Assembly: GCA_043732185.1 (NCBI GenBank) | Contig: JAYTHY010000068.1 | Span: forward strand, 1 to 33,010 | Length of the DNA stretch: 33,010 nt | DNA from: Fibrobacteria bacterium | GTDB lineage: Bacteria > Fibrobacterota > Fibrobacteria > UBA11236 | Reading direction: 5' to 3' | Part shown: positions 18,443 through 26,725 of the stretch, piece by piece | How the letters are laid out: each line of letters begins with the position of its first letter | Numbering within the stretch: the stretch's first letter is position 1 | Made by a program: the position numbers and the translations under genes | The notes under the pieces: model-generated | What the model was told of the DNA's origin: nothing | Seen by the model: only the letters and a program-made list of their open reading frames with translations | The model's database searches: none

Positions 18443-19537
18443 ATGGAGATCCGTTATGGAAAGCCGCTGCCAGCCGAAATAGGTAATGGCAGCGAAGGCG
18501 CAACACAAGCCGATATAGTCGATCTGTTTTCCCAATTGTTTTTGCGCAGCAACGGCAATGTAGGACAAGCTTTGGAATGGCTGCGCAAGATTTCGGAAAC
18601 GCACGGATTGTTGGGTCGGGATCGTACCTTTGAAGACATGATGGATGAGTTGGAAGAAAAAGGCATGCTGCGACGGGATAAAGGTGGCTTTGCCGTTACC
18701 CCAAGTGGCGACCAAGTTATTCGCGAGTCCGTTTTTGACAGGGTTTTCAAGGGTATGGGCAAAGGCCTACGCGGCTCCCATGCCACGGGTACTCCTGGCA
18801 AAGGCGGAGATCGATTGCCGGAAAAACGTCCGTATACCCACGGAGATGAACTTGCCGATCTGGATTTCAGCGCTTCCCTACGCAATGGATTGAACCGAAC
18901 CGGGACCGATGAAATTTCCGAGGACGACTTTGAAGTCTATGAACGCGAGCAATTGGCTGGCTGTGCCACGGTACTGATGTTGGATATCAGTCATAGTATG
19001 ATCCTCTATGGCGAAGACCGAATTACACCCGCTAAAATGGTGGCCATGTCCCTGGTGGAATTTGTTCGTCGCCACTATCCAAGGGACACACTGGATGTCA
19101 TCACCTTTGGAGATGAGGCCAAGGAAATCGCACCGGATCGTATTGCGCATGTGGCTGTAGGTCCATATCACACTAATACTTGCGACGGCCTCAAGCTTGC
19201 CCAGACTTTGCTCAGGCGCCGCAAAAGCCCCAATAAACAGATTTTCATGGTCACGGATGGAAAACCTTCCGCCGTATTTGACCGAGGTCGACTGTATCGG
19301 AATTCCATGGGACTCGATCCGCTGGTGTTGCAGAAAACTTTTGCTGAAGGGCGCAGTTGTCGTAAACATAAAATTCGCGTTTGCACCTTCATGATCGCGC
19401 AAGATCCTTATTTAATCGAATTTGTGGAGGAGTTCAGCCAGGTGAGTGGCGGCCAGGCCTTTTATACCGGTTTGGACGGCCTAGGTGAATTTATTTTTGT
19501 GGATTACCAGGCCCATCGTCGCGGAAAAATACGCTGA
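18443..19537 (+). CDS. von Willebrand factor A (VWA) domain protein
   Basis: MIDAS DISHS, YHTNT, MVTDGKPS; 24 nt downstream of the AAA+ gene. Confidence 0.9.
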   Translation: MEIRYGKPLPAEIGNGSEGATQADIVDLFSQLFLRSNGNVGQALEWLRKISETHGLLGRDRTFEDMMDELEEKGMLRRDKGGFAVTPSGDQVIRESVFDRVFKGMGKGLRGSHATGTPGKGGDRLPEKRPYTHGDELADLDFSASLRNGLNRTGTDEISEDDFEVYEREQLAGCATVLMLDISHSMILYGEDRITPAKMVAMSLVEFVRRHYPRDTLDVITFGDEAKEIAPDRIAHVAVGPYHTNTCDGLKLAQTLLRRRKSPNKQIFMVTDGKPSAVFDRGRLYRNSMGLDPLVLQKTFAEGRSCRKHKIRVCTFMIAQDPYLIEFVEEFSQVSGGQAFYTGLDGLGEFIFVDYQAHRRGKIR

Positions 19538-19546
19538 GTGAGTAGG

Positions 19547-20662
19547 TCACTTGGATGGACTTACGGCAAGGCCATTGCCGCCTTTGCATTTTACCGCATA
19601 CATGGCTTCATCTGCTCTCTGAATAAATTCCTTTAGGGCCTGTCCCGGATCCTTCAATTCATCGCCCTGTCTAAATTGGGTGATGCCGATGGAAAGCGAG
19701 GTGGGATCCACGCGCAATTTTCGAAAGGCGGTTAGAATCCGTTCACAGGTGATGGAAGCACCGACAACGGCCGTGTCCGGCAAGAGCAGGACGAATTCAT
19801 CGCCGCCATAGCGATAGGCTGAATCCATATCGAGACGCAGTTCATTTTGGAAAACATTACTCAACATTACCAGCAGATGGTCGCCGGCCTGATGGCCTTT
19901 GGTATCGTTATAGATTTTAAATTTGTCCACATCGACCAGAGCCAGAGAAAACGTGCGGTTGGGATGGCGTTTTTGCGCCTTGATCATTCTGCCCAATTCC
20001 GCATTTAGGTGGCGGACATTGTACAATCCCGTCAGGCTGTCCGTAATCACCAATCGCAACAGTTGTTCATTCTTCTCTTGTAGTTGTCCCTCCAAATGTT
20101 TTCGCTTGGATATATTGTTGCAATTGAATACTTCGCCAATGGTTTCCTTGTCTCGGTTGAGCATGCGCGTGACGCTCAGGGAGATCCAGATTTCTTCACC
20201 GGAATCGAATGTGTGGATGCGGAGCTCGGGCGCTTCTGCGGAACCGTGTTGATCCACTCTGGCCAAAAGGGCGGAAATTTCTGTGGGACTTTCGAAAAGG
20301 GAATGCACTTCCTTGCCGAGCACATCGGTTTGGGTAATACCGAAAACACGCTCCGAGCCCCGATTGAATTTAAGAATACGGTGTTCTACATCAGTGGTAA
20401 AAATAATATTGCCGGAATTTGCGATAACGGATTCAAAATACCAGGCTTTGGCTTCCAAGCGTTTTTGCTTGAGGAGGAATACCTGCAAGTCTTCAAGATA
20501 CGTTCGCGCTTTTTGCCGGAAGAAGTAAGTCAGCGCCACCAAGAGGATGGCCAATGGATAGACCAGCAGTGGATTGAATTTAAGCGCCAAAAAACAACCG
20601 GCGAGGATGCCAAAAAGCAGGATGGCGAAGGATAAATTTGTTTTCCAACCACGCTGGGTCAT
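19547..20662 (-). CDS. Membrane-anchored PAS-GGDEF diguanylate cyclase
   Basis: Two N-terminal TM helices, PAS (IIFTTDVEHRILKFN), TDSLTGLYN, DVDKFKIYNDTKGHQAGD, RYGGDEF, ADEAMYAVK. Confidence 0.93.
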   Translation of the reverse strand: MTQRGWKTNLSFAILLFGILAGCFLALKFNPLLVYPLAILLVALTYFFRQKARTYLEDLQVFLLKQKRLEAKAWYFESVIANSGNIIFTTDVEHRILKFNRGSERVFGITQTDVLGKEVHSLFESPTEISALLARVDQHGSAEAPELRIHTFDSGEEIWISLSVTRMLNRDKETIGEVFNCNNISKRKHLEGQLQEKNEQLLRLVITDSLTGLYNVRHLNAELGRMIKAQKRHPNRTFSLALVDVDKFKIYNDTKGHQAGDHLLVMLSNVFQNELRLDMDSAYRYGGDEFVLLLPDTAVVGASITCERILTAFRKLRVDPTSLSIGITQFRQGDELKDPGQALKEFIQRADEAMYAVKCKGGNGLAVSPSK

Positions 20663-20687
20663 TGCTAAAAAGGCTTTCTTTTACCTG

Positions 20688-20716
20688 ATTTTACTCTTCC
20701 CATATGGGGAGTGCAA
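20688..20716 (-). promoter_or_regulatory. Putative sigma70 promoter of the diguanylate cyclase with a palindrome in the spacer
   Basis: Minus strand TTGCAC-17nt-TAAAAT; the spacer contains CCCATATGGG (20699-20708). Confidence 0.65.
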
Positions 20717-20755
20717 TGCAGGTTTATTTGGAGCAGCAAAAATACTAGTTGATTT

Positions 20756-22276
20756 TCAACCCATGTGGTTCTTGTTCACCTGGTTTTCTTCTTGAAGTGC
20801 CAAATAAAAACGTGTTTGCCTTTGCCTCAAATAAACTGGAAAGTTCTGCAAAGACAGGCCATTAATGGCGATGCGATACGCTTCCCAAATAAGATTTAAC
20901 TGAGTCTGTTCCGCCAAGTTCTTTTCCACTGCTTCAAGTCTCTGTAGAGCCGCGGGCCCTGGATTGGCAATAGCTCCCAACAATTCCAGTCGTAAGCTTT
21001 CTCGCACACCTGTTAAGGTCGGAAGGACTGTGTTCATAGCCTCTTCTATACGATAATGGTCCAGCGTTCGTATCAGGGCTTTTGCCCTTAGGCAAGCGGG
21101 ATGGAATTCTTGTCTGGAATTTTTAAGCACTTGCCTATCCAGTCCAGCATCCCAGTCCGTTTGCCACACATCAATCTGCTCCGGCACCTTGCCGTAAAGG
21201 ATATAATCCGCGATTGTTTCTGGAACAAGCCTATTTAAACCGGCATGGGGCACCGAAAATTGAAAATTCGGGAGAGGCGCAGGATCGGTTTGGAAAATTA
21301 CATGGCCGCGTCCGTATGGGCCTGTTTCAATGGGGTTAGAGGGTCCGAAAAGCGCCAGTACCGGCGCAAGGGTACCGGCAGCCAGGTGCATGGCTACGGT
21401 GTCACCGGTAACCACCAGACGGGCATTGCCAGTGAGCCAGGCAAGTTCTAGTAAGGTGGTCTTACCCACGCAAAGCACCATAGCTGCCGCAACCTGCGTA
21501 TCCATCCCATTCAAAATCCGTTCTAATACAGGCAGCTCTTCGGCAGCGCCGGTAAAGGCAATTTCTAATCCAGCCCTAAAGCAAAGGGTGGTCAACTGTG
21601 CCCAATGTTCGGCCGGCCAACATTTTCCCGGCCATGCTGATCCTGGATGAAAGACAAGATACTGACCGGGCAATAGTTTTTCTGCGCATTTGGGTCGAGA
21701 AATCCTGGACAAGATTTCCCCGGCCTTTCCTGTCCAACTTGCAGGTAGTTTTGACAGATTGGATCTCCTAGTTAGCCCCAGTTTTTCAAATGCCCAATGG
21801 GCCGTGCGCAAGTACACATCGATAGCGTGCCATCCATTGTCACCACGCGCTACCGGAATGGCGGCGAGGTGCTCCATATAACGCGACTCGATATGGAAGT
21901 GACTTCCTTCTCGAAATTCCAGGCCTGTTTTTCGTTCGGCAGTAACAAAGGATTGAATGACGCCACCATAGTACTCTTGAAAAAAATTCATAGAGAGCAA
22001 ATAGGAAATACGTGACAAATCTCTGAGAAACGTATTCATTGCATTAATGCCATCGGTAAACTCGCCCGAATGGACACAATCCTGCAACGTCTTGCTGGGG
22101 ATCACGTGTACGCGTCTTATTAAAGGGCTGCCCTCTGCAAGAATGCGACATTCTTCACTGACCACATAATCAAAGACGAGGTCCGGATATTCAGATTTCA
22201 ATCGATTCAAGGCCTGTAGGGCCATAACCACATCACCTGGATTATTGGGAAGTATGATGAGGACTTCCAAAGTCAA
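20756..22276 (-). CDS. Glycosyltransferase family 9 (LPS heptosyltransferase-like) with C-terminal extension
   Basis: NPGDVVM, FHPGSAWPGKCWP, GKTTLLEL, VTGDTVAMHLA, ALFGPS...TGPYG; about 140 extra helical residues at the C-terminus. Confidence 0.88.
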   Translation of the reverse strand: MTLEVLIILPNNPGDVVMALQALNRLKSEYPDLVFDYVVSEECRILAEGSPLIRRVHVIPSKTLQDCVHSGEFTDGINAMNTFLRDLSRISYLLSMNFFQEYYGGVIQSFVTAERKTGLEFREGSHFHIESRYMEHLAAIPVARGDNGWHAIDVYLRTAHWAFEKLGLTRRSNLSKLPASWTGKAGEILSRISRPKCAEKLLPGQYLVFHPGSAWPGKCWPAEHWAQLTTLCFRAGLEIAFTGAAEELPVLERILNGMDTQVAAAMVLCVGKTTLLELAWLTGNARLVVTGDTVAMHLAAGTLAPVLALFGPSNPIETGPYGRGHVIFQTDPAPLPNFQFSVPHAGLNRLVPETIADYILYGKVPEQIDVWQTDWDAGLDRQVLKNSRQEFHPACLRAKALIRTLDHYRIEEAMNTVLPTLTGVRESLRLELLGAIANPGPAALQRLEAVEKNLAEQTQLNLIWEAYRIAINGLSLQNFPVYLRQRQTRFYLALQEENQVNKNHMG

Positions 22277-22425
22277 ACTTGGCCGTACCTTTGTTGCTGT
22301 CGGGTTTCTTTGGCCAATAGCAGTCCAATGAGAAGAATTATGCGGTCTTCGTGCGAGATCACTACACCTTTGGCCAGTTTCTCTTCCACAACCTTATAAA
22401 GACGGCTGAATGCGTGTGGGTCCAT
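22273..22425 (-). CDS. Small hypothetical protein (~50 aa; start could be ATG 22437)
   Basis: MDPHAFSRLYKVVEEKLAKGVVISHEDRIILLIGLLLAKETRQQQRYGQV. Its TGA overlaps the GT9 TTG start (TTGA). The shortened start avoids overlap with the opposite-strand gene. Confidence 0.5.
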   Translation of the reverse strand: MDPHAFSRLYKVVEEKLAKGVVISHEDRIILLIGLLLAKETRQQQRYGQV

Positions 22426-22492
22426 GTTTCCAAGCATGCCATTTTTCAGGCTCCGAAAACAATCCATGCGTGTAAAATGATGCGTGAATCCT

Positions 22493-22521
22493 TTGCAAAG
22501 AACGGTCTTTACTGCTAATTT
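22493..22521 (+). promoter_or_regulatory. Putative sigma70 promoter with extended -10 for the small gene-ddl-tsaB-rimI unit
   Basis: TTGCAA (22493-22498), 17 nt, TG-C-TAATTT (-10 at 22516-22521), ATG 7 nt later. Confidence 0.65.
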
Positions 22522-22528
22522 CTCCGCC

Positions 22529-22735
22529 ATGCCCAAATATTCCATCGCCTTTATAACACCTACGCCTTCCTTGATACACCAAGTAGTGGAGATGGATTCG
22601 CAGGAGTCGGCCCTTCGCTTCTTTTTCAACCAATTTGTTTCTGCCGGATACTCAAAAGACAATGAGGGCTACAATTATTTCAAAGAAGACTTTGTGGATC
22701 CGGACGCCCCCTTGGGCAGCATTCTAGAGCTTTAA
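22529..22735 (+). CDS. Small hypothetical protein (68 aa), probably leaderless
   Basis: MPKYSIAFITPTPSLIHQVVEMDSQESALRFFFNQF...FKEDFVDPDAPLGSILEL; globular-looking composition; ends 9 nt before ddl. Confidence 0.7.
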   Translation: MPKYSIAFITPTPSLIHQVVEMDSQESALRFFFNQFVSAGYSKDNEGYNYFKEDFVDPDAPLGSILEL

Positions 22736-22744
22736 GGTATCGCA

Positions 22745-23797
22745 GTGGCAACCAGAAAGACCATTGGCGTGCTGATGGGGGGTATTTCTCCCGAGCATCC
22801 GGTGTCTTTAGTTTCTGGAAGCGGCATGTTGAAGAATTTGGATCCGGAGCTGTACCTCGGCTTCCCGATTTTAATTTCAAAAGAAAACACCTGGATCTGG
22901 CCGGACCATAGCTCCGGCAATTTGGCATTTATGGCTGCGGCCAATGCAATGGTTGATTCCTCGGACAAGGCGGCTGCTTGCTTGCAGTCTCCGCCGCAAG
23001 GCTGGCATGTCGCCCGCTTTCCGGATTTCAAAGTCTTCCCAAAATGTGATTTGATGCTGATTGGCTTGCACGGCATAGGCGGGGAAGATGGCCGTCTACA
23101 AGGGTTTTTCGATTTGGCTGGGCAACGCTTCAGCGGCAGCGGCAGTTTAGGATCCGCACTGGCCATGGATAAGATTACGGCCAAGCGAATTTTTCAAGCA
23201 GAAGAGATTCCTACAGCCCGCTATCGCGTGCTGGAAAAGCAGGACTATGCTGGTGCTGCCCCTGCATTAGAAAAGGAATTCGGATATCCGGTGGTGATCA
23301 AAAGCCCCCAGGGCGGATCCAGTCTGGGCATGGGAATTGCAAAAACGGCCGAACAACTGGAAGACCTATTGAAAACTTTGGGCGCCAGCTCCGATCGTTT
23401 ATTGGCAGAAGAATTCATTGCGGGCCGTGAAGGGACATGTGGATTCCTCGCTGGCTTTCAGCCTTTGCCGCCTACAGAAATTCGGCCCAAGGCAGGCTTT
23501 TTTAATTTTGAAGCCAAGTATCAGCCCGGTGGAGCAGAAGAAATTACACCGGCGGATTTCCCCACAGACATCCTAATCGAAATGCAAAAATTAGCTGCGC
23601 GCTGCCACCATGCGCTGCAGCTTTCCGTTTATAGCCGTACCGATTTCATTTATGCCCAGAATAAACTATGGGTACTCGAAACCAATAATCTACCTGGCTT
23701 TACGCCCACTTCGCTCCTACCGCAGGCTGCCGCCTACGCCGGATTGAATTATACCGGGCTGTTGACGCGGATCATCGAGGAAAGTTTAAATAAGTGA
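22745..23797 (+). CDS. ddl: D-alanine--D-alanine ligase
   Basis: MGGISPEHPVSL, LHGIGGEDGRLQG, AMDK, GGSSLG, EEFIAGRE, FFNFEAKY, LETNNLPGFTPTSLLP. Confidence 0.95.
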   Translation: MATRKTIGVLMGGISPEHPVSLVSGSGMLKNLDPELYLGFPILISKENTWIWPDHSSGNLAFMAAANAMVDSSDKAAACLQSPPQGWHVARFPDFKVFPKCDLMLIGLHGIGGEDGRLQGFFDLAGQRFSGSGSLGSALAMDKITAKRIFQAEEIPTARYRVLEKQDYAGAAPALEKEFGYPVVIKSPQGGSSLGMGIAKTAEQLEDLLKTLGASSDRLLAEEFIAGREGTCGFLAGFQPLPPTEIRPKAGFFNFEAKYQPGGAEEITPADFPTDILIEMQKLAARCHHALQLSVYSRTDFIYAQNKLWVLETNNLPGFTPTSLLPQAAAYAGLNYTGLLTRIIEESLNK

Positions 23798-24513
23798 AGG
23801 GGTCTCAACCACCGGACCTGGTTTTGGTGATCGATCTTTCCGCCTCTCTCTATGTGGGTATCGTCGACCCAGTGAAAGGCGTATTGGCTGCACGCATTCG
23901 TGAACAGGCCGGTCGGTTGGAAAAGGGAAGTCATGCGGTTTCCGGCGGCAGGGGGGAATCGGGACATGCGCTTTTAGAAGAATGCCTTTCAGCCTCCGGC
24001 ATCACCCTTCCGGATATCGGATCGATTTGTGTGGGTACGGGTCCTGGCAGCTTTACTGGAATAAGAGTGGGAGTGGCAATCGCGCAAGGGTTAGGTTTTA
24101 CACGGCAGTTGCCATTGTATCCGTATTCTTCCTTAGCAGCCCTTATCGCCTGTGCGTCCCAAACCGTTAACCCCTTGGGACCGTCACCGGTGGCCGCGAT
24201 TGCAGCAAATGCCGGTCGGTATTTTGTCTTTGCAGAGGAACTGGGTCAAACCCTGCTGGCTGGTGAAGCGTTGGCAGCTTTGGGATCACTACATCCCAAT
24301 CTGATAACTTCCGGTCGAATACCCGATGACGAACGCTTCCGTCTTCTTTTCCCCACCGTGGAGCGCATGGAAGTTCAAATGGATTTTATACGGGTCGTGA
24401 ATCTGGCCAAGGCGGGTCCTCCTATAGTCGATGGAATCATACGTCCCAATTACTTGCAGGCTTCGGCTGCAGAGGAGAAGCGACGCACACCAGGTGCCGA
24501 GGGTGCGGGCTAA
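23794..24513 (+). CDS. tsaB: tRNA threonylcarbamoyladenosine biosynthesis protein TsaB (divergent)
   Basis: GTGPGSFTGIRVGVAIAQGL, SSLAAL, C-terminal PNYLQ; adjacent to rimI; GTGA overlap with ddl. Confidence 0.85.
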   Translation: MKGSQPPDLVLVIDLSASLYVGIVDPVKGVLAARIREQAGRLEKGSHAVSGGRGESGHALLEECLSASGITLPDIGSICVGTGPGSFTGIRVGVAIAQGLGFTRQLPLYPYSSLAALIACASQTVNPLGPSPVAAIAANAGRYFVFAEELGQTLLAGEALAALGSLHPNLITSGRIPDDERFRLLFPTVERMEVQMDFIRVVNLAKAGPPIVDGIIRPNYLQASAAEEKRRTPGAEGAG

Positions 24514-24515
24514 AC

Positions 24516-25010
24516 ATGGTAACCTGGACGCGACCTTTGCGTGCAGTAGACATTCAAGCTGTTTTGGCTATCGAAACGGAGGCGAACCCTGTCCCGTGGC
24601 GTGAGTCAGATTTTTTGGCCTTTTTGCCCAAGGAAAAATCAAGTCTTCAAGAAATGGATATTCCGTCGGCTCATGAAGCTGGCGGGCAGCCTATGGCGTG
24701 GGTGTATGCGGATCCGGAGGTTAGGGGATTTCTTTGCGCATTAGGCGCGGCCGACGAGGTGGAGTTGCAATCTCTAGCTGTGGAAAAAGCCCGATGGGGT
24801 CTAGGCATAGCATCGGCATTGATGGAAGCCATGCTCGCTTTGGCACGAACGAGCCATTACCGGGCGCTTCACCTGGAGGTGCGGGAAAATAATGTGCGAG
24901 CCTTTGAATTTTACCGACGCTGGGGTTTTGCTACGGTGGGGCGTAGGCCCAATTATTACCGTGATAATGGAGAAGGAGCGCTTTTGATGAGTCTCGAGTT
25001 TGGAGCTTAA
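24516..25010 (+). CDS. rimI: RimI-like GNAT N-acetyltransferase
   Basis: PW motif, LAVEKARWGLGIA, LEVRENN, FYRRWGF, GRRPNYY; usual tsaB-rimI synteny. Confidence 0.88.
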   Translation: MVTWTRPLRAVDIQAVLAIETEANPVPWRESDFLAFLPKEKSSLQEMDIPSAHEAGGQPMAWVYADPEVRGFLCALGAADEVELQSLAVEKARWGLGIASALMEAMLALARTSHYRALHLEVRENNVRAFEFYRRWGFATVGRRPNYYRDNGEGALLMSLEFGA

Positions 25011-25012
25011 TT

Positions 25013-25041
25013 CTGGACTCCATGATAACTATTGCTAAATT
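25013..25041 (+). promoter_or_regulatory. Possible extended -10 promoter for the cyclophilin gene
   Basis: CTGGAC/TGGACT, 16-17 nt, TG-C-TAAATT (25036-25041); AGGGAG RBS before ATG 25093. Confidence 0.4.
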
Positions 25042-25092
25042 ACCCCCATACTTTATTGAGATTCATTCACGTCACTTTTAGGGAGTTTATTC

Positions 25093-25575
25093 ATGTCCAA
25101 GGCCGTCATTTCCACTCGTCATGGGGACATCACCCTCGAATTTCTACCTGAAGTCGCTCCAAACCATGTTCAAAACTTCCTGGAACTGGCGAAGTCCGGA
25201 TTTTATGACAAAACGCTATTCCATCGTGTTATTCCTGGCTTTATGATTCAGGGCGGTGACCCTAACAGCAAGAATTCGGACAAACAGTTGCATGGAACAG
25301 GTGGATCCGGCAAAAATGTGAAAGCCGAATTTTCCAACACACCCCATGTGCGCGGCATCGTTTCTGCGGCGCGTTCCGCTAATATTGATTCCGCGTCTTC
25401 GCAATTTTTCATAGTGGTCGCCGATTCCTCACATCTAGATAATCAATATTCTGCGTTTGGCAGGGTGCTCTCCGGCATGGAAGTCGTCGATGCCATTGTC
25501 GCTGAAGAAACCGACCATCGCGACAACCCTATTGCGCCGGTAGACATTACGGTAAAAGTGCTCGAGGAAATTTAG
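25093..25575 (+). CDS. Cyclophilin-type peptidyl-prolyl cis-trans isomerase
   Basis: APNHVQNF, FHRVIPGFMIQGGDP, SASSQFFI, LDNQYSAFGRV. Confidence 0.95.
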   Translation: MSKAVISTRHGDITLEFLPEVAPNHVQNFLELAKSGFYDKTLFHRVIPGFMIQGGDPNSKNSDKQLHGTGGSGKNVKAEFSNTPHVRGIVSAARSANIDSASSQFFIVVADSSHLDNQYSAFGRVLSGMEVVDAIVAEETDHRDNPIAPVDITVKVLEEI

Positions 25576-25626
25576 AATGGGCGGTGGCCGGTTGTTGCGG
25601 GCGTGGATGCATTTTGCTTTTAAGGA

Positions 25627-26640
25627 GTGGGCTTGCCGCTAAGACCACGATTTCCCGTTCAATCCCGCCGAAGCGGCTCCATTGGGCATTGGCGTTTGTG
25701 GGGCTGGTTCGCTCTATCACTGGCGCTGGTGCTAATGGTAATTTTAGGTGGAGTCATTTTTTGGAAATCGGGCCGATGGCTGGTTCGTTCAGATTCCTTC
25801 GAGAAAATTTCTTGGGCATTGGTTTTGGCAGGAGAATCCCGTGACTGTGAGCGCACGGAAGCGGCGCTTGAGCTTTACCGGGAAGGAAGAATAGATTCCG
25901 TCATACTTTCTGCTTGCCGTATTTTCAAAACGCATTATGAAAGTGAATTCACTCTACCCTATATGATTCAAGAAGGGTATCCGAAAGGAAAAATATTTGA
26001 ATTCCATCAGGACGCTTTTTCCACTTTGGAAGAGGCCAGGTTATTAATCCGTCAATTTCGTTACCAAAATCTGGACACGGTATTAATTATCACTTCCAAT
26101 TACCATTCGGCTAGGACATGTCGGATATTTAGAAAGCTGGCGCAAGGTTATCCACAAATACTGGTCTATGCTGCGGATTTCAAATCCTATGATCCTGATG
26201 TTTGGTGGTCAGGTAGGGAGAGCAGGAAATATTGGTTCGGTGAATGGATTAGAACTCTGTATAGCTGGTACGAGCTTGCGGGTGTTCAAGCTGAAAATGG
26301 CACTTCTGATTTTCAAAATCTGATTCCCGATATTTGGATGGGTCATGGCGGTGAAAAGGGAGTGCCTTCCGATACGATAAAAAGGGATTCGACCAAAACC
26401 GAAAGTTTGCCAAGCATTCCTGTGGACACACTTTTCACTTTACCTGTTAATCAGGATAGTTCACAAGCAATAGTGGCGAAACCTGAACCGACCAAATCCC
26501 AGGACAGTGGAGAAACCGCTTCAAAGCCTGAGAAGCGCATCAACCCGGAAGCGTCAACCAAGGTTCCAGAAAAGCGACCGTTCCCAAAGGCTGAACCGAC
26601 GACTAAAAAGAAGCCCACAGAAAAAATAAAGAAAAAATAA
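25627..26640 (+). CDS. YdcF/DUF218 (ElyC/SanA-like) membrane protein with low-complexity Lys/Pro/Glu-rich tail; start uncertain
   Basis: N-terminal TM, LVLAG, STLEEA, IITSNYHSAR, EWIR motifs; about 100-aa disordered C-terminus. Confidence 0.85.
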   Translation: MGLPLRPRFPVQSRRSGSIGHWRLWGWFALSLALVLMVILGGVIFWKSGRWLVRSDSFEKISWALVLAGESRDCERTEAALELYREGRIDSVILSACRIFKTHYESEFTLPYMIQEGYPKGKIFEFHQDAFSTLEEARLLIRQFRYQNLDTVLIITSNYHSARTCRIFRKLAQGYPQILVYAADFKSYDPDVWWSGRESRKYWFGEWIRTLYSWYELAGVQAENGTSDFQNLIPDIWMGHGGEKGVPSDTIKRDSTKTESLPSIPVDTLFTLPVNQDSSQAIVAKPEPTKSQDSGETASKPEKRINPEASTKVPEKRPFPKAEPTTKKKPTEKIKKK

Positions 26641-26651
26641 AGAAAAAATAA
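26619..26651 (+). repeat. Three perfect tandem copies of AGAAAAAATAA
   Basis: Copies at 26619-26629, 26630-26640 and 26641-26651; the DUF218 stop is the TAA of copy 2. Confidence 0.9.
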
Positions 26652-26674
26652 CCGGCCACTTTGGAAGTGGCCGG
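26641..26674 (-). terminator. Intrinsic terminator of the GH2-like gene
   Basis: Perfect 10-bp stem CCGGCCACTT/AAGTGGCCGG (26652-26674); on the minus strand followed by TTATTTTTTCT. Confidence 0.88.
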
Positions 26675-26685
26675 CAGTCTTGTAA

Positions 26686-26716
26686 CTGAATCGATTTTGT
26701 ATCTAAATCGATTCAG
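26686..26716. repeat. Perfect 12-bp inverted repeat with 7-nt loop
   Basis: CTGAATCGATTT-TGTATCT-AAATCGATTCAG. Confidence 0.85.
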
Positions 26717-26725
26717 GCTGTTCGG

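Noticed and set aside
22273..22662. Full 129-aa minus-strand ORF from the track
   Set aside because: Its 5' part overlaps the better-supported + strand 68-aa gene and its promoter; only the 3' ~50 codons are kept.
22745..23797. Ddl as a vancomycin-resistance D-Ala-D-Lac ligase
   Set aside because: The omega loop ends in KY (FFNFEAKY) as in D-Ala-D-Ala ligases, and there are no vanH/vanX neighbours.
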